Source: a virus
Lineage: Duplodnaviria > Caudoviricetes
Length of the DNA: 32,105 nt
Strand: one strand, 5' to 3'
Virus record (IMG/VR): IMGVR_UViG_3300033516_000059
Span: 1 to 32,105 of that record
Part shown: positions 26,543 to 32,105 of the stretch, piece after piece
Numbering within the stretch: the stretch's first letter is position 1
How the letters are laid out: each line of letters opens with the position of its first letter
Made by a program: the position numbers and the translations under genes
The notes under the pieces: model-generated
What the model was told of the DNA's origin: nothing
What the model saw: only the letters and a program-made list of their open reading frames with translations
Database searches by the model: none

Positions 26543-26550
26543 TATTTATA
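26543..26550 (-). promoter_or_regulatory. T4-type late promoter TATAAATA
   Basis: Exact match 18 nt upstream of the ATG at 26524. Confidence 0.7.
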
Positions 26551-26555
26551 ATAAA

Positions 26556-27806
26556 TTACTGATTTATCTTCTGTTCAAGTTGTGTAATGCAATTAACCTG
26601 ATAGCTTGTATCCGTGAATTTATTAACATTAAAGTTAATAGGTGACTTAACATGGGTAACGTTTTTACCTCCTGTTTTTAAAAATAGCTCCTCTAACGTC
26701 ATTGGATCGCCAAAGAATCCTATTTCCTTAATGTCATTATCATCATCAATGAACTCTATAATCTTCTCGGCTAGTGCTGTAACTTCTGTGGGGAAAATAT
26801 ATTGTGCTTTGTCAACCATAAGAACATCCCCAGTCTTTGCTTTATCCTTTAGCTTGCTAACGATATTATGTACGTCATGCTGGTTAAGAGAAAACAAGTT
26901 GGCTACGCGAATAACCCTTGCATCTGTGTTTACCAACGCATCTTCCATTTTCTTTTTAGATGTTGTGTAAACAGAGTTATCATTTTCTCTAAATACATAG
27001 TCTGAACTGATTTGATAAAACTTTGCTCCGATTCTTTTGGCATGTATTGCCAACGACTCTGGTAATCTCACGTTGCACCAATCAACTTCACATGTAAATG
27101 TTAATAGCTTTTGAACATTTGTCAAACCGGCGCAGTTAATAATCCTTATATTATTTGAATGACATATAAGAGGGGTTGTTTTGGTAAGCTCTGTAATTAA
27201 CTTTTCGATATCGGCTTCACAATTCAGCTTGTCATACATAGGAATAACATGGTATTTATGGTAACCCATGTTCTTATAAAGGTGATCTGTAATAGCTTTA
27301 CCAAGTCGCCCACCAGCACCTAAAACAACATATGTGAGAATATCATCACCAATCTTTTCTTCATGGCGAATCTCGTCAATTGGAGACTTCTTATTTTCAC
27401 CCATGAATAAAGAAGTTGGAAAGTTTAATGTTTTAACACTAGTTAACTCTAGATTTCTATATGAATGAATTATTCCTACATTAACTGTAACATTTGTTAT
27501 TTTATTACTATCCGTTACAAAATATTTCATTTCGTTTGTTTTTGGATTATACATCTGATATACCATTTTAGACTTCCATGTTATAAACTCGTCCCGCTGA
27601 GATGTATGTTCGTGTGGACCACGCATAATAAGTGGTTTAGTTTCGCTTATGTAACACATTTTAGAGTCATTGTTTATATCAGAATCTACTCTAAATACTT
27701 CGCTAACCATTCCCCTATCATCGGCGTATTCTTTCATCTCTCTTATAATAACTTTTCCGTCCCACCAATTTTGAACCTCGGTATAGTTAATTGTTTTTGT
27801 GAACAT
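26556..27806 (-). CDS. RmlC-RmlD fusion (dTDP-4-dehydrorhamnose 3,5-epimerase plus reductase)
   Basis: Cupin motifs DDRGMVSE, RGPH and HSY, followed by SDR motifs GAGGRLG, INCAGLTNV, ISSDYVF and YTTSK. Start placed at ATG 27806. Confidence 0.82.
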   Translation of the reverse strand: MFTKTINYTEVQNWWDGKVIIREMKEYADDRGMVSEVFRVDSDINNDSKMCYISETKPLIMRGPHEHTSQRDEFITWKSKMVYQMYNPKTNEMKYFVTDSNKITNVTVNVGIIHSYRNLELTSVKTLNFPTSLFMGENKKSPIDEIRHEEKIGDDILTYVVLGAGGRLGKAITDHLYKNMGYHKYHVIPMYDKLNCEADIEKLITELTKTTPLICHSNNIRIINCAGLTNVQKLLTFTCEVDWCNVRLPESLAIHAKRIGAKFYQISSDYVFRENDNSVYTTSKKKMEDALVNTDARVIRVANLFSLNQHDVHNIVSKLKDKAKTGDVLMVDKAQYIFPTEVTALAEKIIEFIDDDNDIKEIGFFGDPMTLEELFLKTGGKNVTHVKSPINFNVNKFTDTSYQVNCITQLEQKINQ

Positions 27807-27820
27807 GTGGACCTTTCTTA

Positions 27821-27828
27821 TATAAATA
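27821..27828 (+). promoter_or_regulatory. T4-type late promoter TATAAATA
   Basis: Exact match 20 nt upstream of the ATG at 27849. Confidence 0.65.
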
Positions 27829-27848
27829 AAGTATAATAGTATTATAAC

Positions 27849-28616
27849 ATGAAAAACAACTACACACAATATTACGTTTACGTTTACCTTGATCCTACTT
27901 TACCTGGGATATTTAAATATGGTAATTTTTCTTTTAATTACAAACCTTTTTATATAGGTAAAGGTAAAAATAGGAGAATGTATAATCATTTACAACCAAA
28001 ATACCTTTCTAAAAAGTGTTTAAAATCAGAATATATAAATTCTCTGTTAGATAAAAATAAATTACCTATCATTGAAAAAATTAAGGATAATTTAAGTTCA
28101 CGAAATGCTTATGAATTTGAAACAGAGATGTTAAAATTAATTGGTCAAATAAATAAAGGAACTGGACCTCTTACAAATAATATGTGCAAAGGAAGAGGAC
28201 TTGATTCACATTCCCAAGAGACAAAAGATATAATAGGTAAATATTCAAGAAATAGGAGACATACATTAGAAACAAAAAGAAAATTAAGTTTTTATAAAAA
28301 AGGTAAAAATAATCCAATGTATAAAAATGGTAAATATGCTGGAATTATTAAAACTGGATTATCGCGTTCGGAGGCTAAATTGGGTGTAAGAAATCCTATG
28401 TATGGAAAAAAATTAACCAAAGATCAAAAATATGAACGTTCTATAAATTCAACTAGAAGAAAAACATATGAGATAATATACTCAGATGGTAAAATTGAAG
28501 TATTTCATGGGTTATTAGAATACTGTAGGAAACATAATATAGAGTCAAAGATGTTAAGGCGTGTTATTACTGGTGAAAGAAAACATTATAAGGGTATGAA
28601 AATTAGAGAGATATAA
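27849..28616 (+). CDS. Free-standing GIY-YIG homing endonuclease (paralog of 23950-24822)
   Basis: YVYVYLDP..FYIGKGKNRRMYNH..FE..GPLTN; NUMOD3-like HSQETK, HTLETKRKLS and NPMYGKK. Confidence 0.85.
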   Translation: MKNNYTQYYVYVYLDPTLPGIFKYGNFSFNYKPFYIGKGKNRRMYNHLQPKYLSKKCLKSEYINSLLDKNKLPIIEKIKDNLSSRNAYEFETEMLKLIGQINKGTGPLTNNMCKGRGLDSHSQETKDIIGKYSRNRRHTLETKRKLSFYKKGKNNPMYKNGKYAGIIKTGLSRSEAKLGVRNPMYGKKLTKDQKYERSINSTRRKTYEIIYSDGKIEVFHGLLEYCRKHNIESKMLRRVITGERKHYKGMKIREI

Positions 28617-28618
28617 AT

Positions 28619-29611
28619 TTATCTATAATCTTCCTTCTTCATATAGTAGAATTCTGCTGTCTTGACGAGAGCATCAGCTAACTTGACGCCTTCGAAATAC
28701 TTGTCAACTTCTGGAGTTGTTTTCAATGCATAGCATAAATCATGACCGAGACGATCAGTGACATATTCAATCTGTGGTGTAACACCCGTACAGAAACCTA
28801 TAGCTTCTGTCAATGTGTCTGCTATAAAGTTGTTATCAACAAGACCATTTTTGTTTGCGATGTGCAGGATATCAAACCGTGATGTTTTAGCAACTAAATC
28901 AAGTATGATTTCAGCGGTGATTTCTACTGGTGTCCACTGACGCTTGTTCATACCAGTGCCATATACTTTGATTGAGTCACCACGGAAAGCGCGAAGGCAT
29001 GACGCTGGAAGCATCTTCTCGGGGTGCTGGAAAGCGCCAAACTGGTTAGCCATACGGATAAAACTAACCGGCAGGTTGAAGGTACGACGCATAGACAAAA
29101 GATAAGCGTCTTGGGCAACTTTAGAGGCGCTGTATGGGTTACTTGGGTTGAAATTGCTGTATGTTCCAAACCAGTCCCTTTCATCCACTTCAAGCGGAAG
29201 ATCGCCGTATACTTCATCCGTAGATATATGATAATACTGACGAATAGAATTCAAATCTTCAAAAGCCGCGAGTAGGCGCGAAGGAATGGTTGCGTTTTCT
29301 TCAAATGTGGCTGATGGGTTTTTAATTGACACATCAACGTGTGATTCGCTGGCTAGATCCAATATATCCCAATCCCAGTTTGGTGAGAATTTAGTGTGAT
29401 TGACGATATCGTTCACATTGACATTGTGGCGCTCTATTTTAAGACCATCGCAAAGTTCATTGTAGATTTCTCTGTTGTATACAGTCGCATAACCTAGTTT
29501 ATCAATGCTTATTACACGATCATATTTGGCACGAAAGTCGGTAGACATTTTAAGTAAAATGTTAACTCCCACGAAACCAGCACATCCAGTTAAAATTAAA
29601 CCGTTCTTCAT
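28619..29611 (-). CDS. rmlB: dTDP-glucose 4,6-dehydratase
   Basis: TGCAGFVG, DKLGYA, SESHVDVSI, STDEVYG, PYSASK, HPEKMLP, DRLGHD; AAGGAG RBS before ATG 29611. Confidence 0.9.
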   Translation of the reverse strand: MKNGLILTGCAGFVGVNILLKMSTDFRAKYDRVISIDKLGYATVYNREIYNELCDGLKIERHNVNVNDIVNHTKFSPNWDWDILDLASESHVDVSIKNPSATFEENATIPSRLLAAFEDLNSIRQYYHISTDEVYGDLPLEVDERDWFGTYSNFNPSNPYSASKVAQDAYLLSMRRTFNLPVSFIRMANQFGAFQHPEKMLPASCLRAFRGDSIKVYGTGMNKRQWTPVEITAEIILDLVAKTSRFDILHIANKNGLVDNNFIADTLTEAIGFCTGVTPQIEYVTDRLGHDLCYALKTTPEVDKYFEGVKLADALVKTAEFYYMKKEDYR

Positions 29612-29636
29612 GTGTAGACTCCTTGTATCCATTATA

Positions 29637-29670
29637 ACAAAGAAGGGAGAGTATTTCTACTCTCCCTTCT
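29637..29670 (-). terminator. Rho-independent terminator after gp32
   Basis: Perfect 13-bp stem AGAAGGGAGAGTA-GAAA-TACTCTCCCTTCT followed by TTGTT. Confidence 0.85.
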
Positions 29671-29696
29671 CGTTCCTTAAGTTTTTTTAAAGAACC

Positions 29697-30668
29697 TTAC
29701 TTCGCGTCGAGGTCATCCAGTTGGGCGAGCAACTCGTCATCTGACAGTGCCTTGGTGGCTGCTGGGGTTGCTGCCTTGGCTGCTGACGCCGTAGCTGCGG
29801 CAGCCTTTGGTGGTTCAGCATCAAGATCGACAGCTTCGTTCAGTGCTGGACGAACTGTGGTCTTACCAGTTTCCGAATCGTATTCACGATCCTGTTTGAC
29901 TGGTTCCTTACCTTCCATGATTGCCTTGAGTTCATCATATGAACGTGGACCCTTACCAGTTGCGAACTTCTGAAGGTCCACGATGGCGTTGCTGATACGT
30001 TCCAACTCAGCGTCATCGGTTGCGATTGGTGAAGGATCGGATGCGAAGAAGCTGGATTCGTAGTTTGGATGTTCACCCTTCTTCTTGATGACCAAGTTGA
30101 AGTTAAATCCAGCTTGAACGTCATGGAACCGCTTACCTTGTTCCATGAGGGCTTCCTTAAGGCGGTCGTGAATCTGTGGACCCATTTCCCATACAAGGAC
30201 TTTACCCTTTTGGTTACCCTTGTCCACTGGGCGAGGATCATCCACAACGAGAACGTTTACGAAGAAACGAGGCTTTCTGTAAAACTTACGGGCAGTTTCT
30301 TCTTCTGCCTTCGAAGCAGTCTTATCATTTACCTTCTTGAAAAGTTCGCGTGCCTTTTCGCACATCGGGCACGGTGCCTTGGGATCTATTGTCGTTGGGC
30401 ACAATGCAAACTTCTTGAGTCCCATTGGGTTCGGGAAGATGTGGACATAGTTTCTGACCCACGGCTCGTCTTGCCCGTCATTAAAATATGTGTTCGGGAG
30501 AATTCTGAGTACGTAGGTGGTCTTTGATCCGATCAGTTCGCCTTTGAACTTAATCTCGTCATACGTTTGCTTTGGAGCAGACTTTGCTTCCTTAGCTTCT
30601 TGTTCAGCCAAAAGCTTTGCGCGAAGCGCGTCAGCGTTTACTGTGAGGTTTTTAAGTGATATAGCCAT
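29697..30668 (-). CDS. gp32: Single-stranded DNA-binding protein, gp32-like
   Basis: LRILP, H..CPTT..CPMC Zn site, RKPRFFVNVLVVDDP, GKV, GFNF, NYESSFF, acidic tail. Start placed at ATG 30668 (AAGGA RBS). Confidence 0.92.
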   Translation of the reverse strand: MAISLKNLTVNADALRAKLLAEQEAKEAKSAPKQTYDEIKFKGELIGSKTTYVLRILPNTYFNDGQDEPWVRNYVHIFPNPMGLKKFALCPTTIDPKAPCPMCEKARELFKKVNDKTASKAEEETARKFYRKPRFFVNVLVVDDPRPVDKGNQKGKVLVWEMGPQIHDRLKEALMEQGKRFHDVQAGFNFNLVIKKKGEHPNYESSFFASDPSPIATDDAELERISNAIVDLQKFATGKGPRSYDELKAIMEGKEPVKQDREYDSETGKTTVRPALNEAVDLDAEPPKAAAATASAAKAATPAATKALSDDELLAQLDDLDAK

Positions 30669-30739
30669 GTTCGTTTTCCTTTTTACGGGGTGTTTACGGT
30701 TCCGAGTTTCTCGGGTAGTGTATATTGGACTACACATCC

Positions 30740-30767
30740 ATTATACGATAGGAGGTTGAGGATTCAA
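30740..30767 (-). promoter_or_regulatory. sigma70-like promoter TTGAAT-N16-TATAAT (gp32)
   Basis: Hexamers read directly in the intergenic gap. Confidence 0.65.
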
Positions 30768-30785
30768 CCCCCCAAGTTTCAGTTG

Positions 30786-31052
30786 TTAATTATATACGCG
30801 CATTTGCGCTGATTCTTTAAGCAATTCTTTGTGTTCGTTTGTTAGTTTATCAACGGCTTCTTTTTCCGTCATGTTAAAGTAATTTTTCATTTCCACTACT
30901 ACGTCCCAAATGTCAAATTTCTGGTCTACCACAAGGGTATGCACCATCTTATTGTATGCAATATTTATAACAGAATTAACTTCAGATATTGGCATTTTAT
31001 ATCTTTTCGAAATCTGTTCAAATGTAAGCTGTTTTGTACGTGGTGATTTCAT
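30786..31052 (-). CDS. Small protein with a possible sigma-region-4-like helix-turn-helix
   Basis: LTFEQISKRYKMPISEVNSVINIAYNKM; AAGGA RBS. The fold call is weak. Confidence 0.6.
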   Translation of the reverse strand: MKSPRTKQLTFEQISKRYKMPISEVNSVINIAYNKMVHTLVVDQKFDIWDVVVEMKNYFNMTEKEAVDKLTNEHKELLKESAQMRVYN

Positions 31053-31066
31053 TATATTCCTTGTGT

Positions 31067-32105
31067 TTAAATGTTAATGTCGCCTTGCGTCTTTTTATAA
31101 GGAACCTGCTTATTAACGCTAGGCTCGCTTCTAGAATTCCGTAGAAGCTCACGTTGTGCATCGGTAAGCTCTTCGTTAATTGCAGGATCTTCACCGTCTG
31201 AAATCCTCATATGATCGAAGTCAACATGAACTTTTAGACCCCCTCCGTTTTTAGACCAGCGGGACTTTGCGATTTCCCACCACATCTTGTTTTGTTTGTC
31301 AAGTTCCTCGTTACGACTTACCATGATCATAAGATCGGCTGTCATTGGAATACCCATTGAGTCCGATGTATTGTTCATGCCAAGCTTCTCTTCATTGTAA
31401 CCTGCGCGGTTTACTTGCACCGCAGAGAAGATAGGAACGCCAAGCTTACTGCCGATAGCTCTCAGTTCTTCCGAAACTGTCTTGAGCTTGCCGTAAGTGT
31501 TATCACTGAATGATTTGTTGTTTGGAATCATCAGACCAACATAGTCAACACATATGAAATCTGGCTTGAATCCGCCACGCTTCGTTTCAAGCTCACGGAT
31601 GATTGACAGAATATTCTGTGACGAGATAGAAGCTGGTGGATATTCCTTGATGATAAGGCGACCGACTTCCTTACCTCGCCTCTTAGCATCTTCAACCCTG
31701 TTGGTGATTATTTCCTTAAGTCTATCAGCATTTGCGGGAATGTCTGATAGTGCGATGTCGGCAAGGTTTGCGTCAATACGGTTTGCCAACATGTAGTCAT
31801 TGATTTCAAGAGTGACATACAACCCATTGTAACCGTCTTGCATCAACTGAGCCGAGATAGCGCCAAGGATAAGTGTCTTACCAACGTTGGTTGCGGCTCC
31901 AAATATAATTAATGACTTCGGACGCCAGCCTCCACCGATCCTATCATCAAGCGACTTATTTCCAGTCGGCATGATGAACTGCTTCTCTTTCAAGTTCTCA
32001 ATACGCTTATCAAGATCGGCAATATATTCCAATCCAATATCTTCGTCAAAATTCACATGAGAGGCTTCAAGGATCTTTTGGACAGCCTCTTGTGGCTTAC
32101 CCTTC
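31067..32105 (-). CDS. gp41: Replicative DNA helicase, gp41/DnaB-like; 5'-partial
   Basis: Walker A AATNVGKT, YVTLE, IIKEYP, VDYVGL, SEELR, QVNR, DSMGIPMTAD, KSR. The frame stays open upstream of 32056 to the window edge. Confidence 0.93.
   Translation of the reverse strand, partial: KGKPQEAVQKILEASHVNFDEDIGLEYIADLDKRIENLKEKQFIMPTGNKSLDDRIGGGWRPKSLIIFGAATNVGKTLILGAISAQLMQDGYNGLYVTLEINDYMLANRIDANLADIALSDIPANADRLKEIITNRVEDAKRRGKEVGRLIIKEYPPASISSQNILSIIRELETKRGGFKPDFICVDYVGLMIPNNKSFSDNTYGKLKTVSEELRAIGSKLGVPIFSAVQVNRAGYNEEKLGMNNTSDSMGIPMTADLMIMVSRNEELDKQNKMWWEIAKSRWSKNGGGLKVHVDFDHMRISDGEDPAINEELTDAQRELLRNSRSEPSVNKQVPYKKTQGDINI

Noticed and set aside
1-32105. Genome-wide TAG reassignment (alternative genetic code)
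   Set aside because: Only one gene has an internal TAG. Long late genes are uninterrupted in the standard code, and TAG appears to act as a normal stop at 18297, 19290 and 20111.
1-32105. tRNA, rRNA, CRISPR array, IS or integrase
   Set aside because: Intergenic gaps are very short, and no cloverleaf, repeat-spacer pattern or transposase/recombinase motif was seen by eye.

Overview
This is a fragment of a large T4-like (Tevenvirinae-like or jumbo) dsDNA phage genome, coded mostly on the minus strand. (1) Bases 1-6428 hold a late-promoter operon of probable capsid-internal proteins. Most start with a T4 capsid-targeting-like N-terminus. They include a PD-(D/E)xK-like protein missed by the ORF track, a 1088-aa fusion of RNA-ligase-like, DUF5661 and HIGH nucleotidyltransferase domains, and a Pol-beta-type nucleotidyltransferase. 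(2) Bases 6478-15384 are an AT-rich glycan island: several glycosyltransferases, a pyruvyltransferase, a GT29-like gene split by one amber codon, a methyltransferase, and an FnlA/QnlA/QnlB-type UDP-6-deoxy-HexNAc pathway. (3) Bases 15419-32105 are a T4-type replication block (gp61, thyA, regA, gp62, gp44, gp45, gp32, gp41), mixed with rmlB, an rmlC-rmlD fusion, a late lipoprotein with transmembrane helices, and three antisense GIY-YIG endonucleases, each with a TATAAATA late promoter. A recurring TTG-N16-TAnnAT promoter precedes several replication genes, some apparently leaderless. All family calls come from motifs recognised by eye; no database searches were run.
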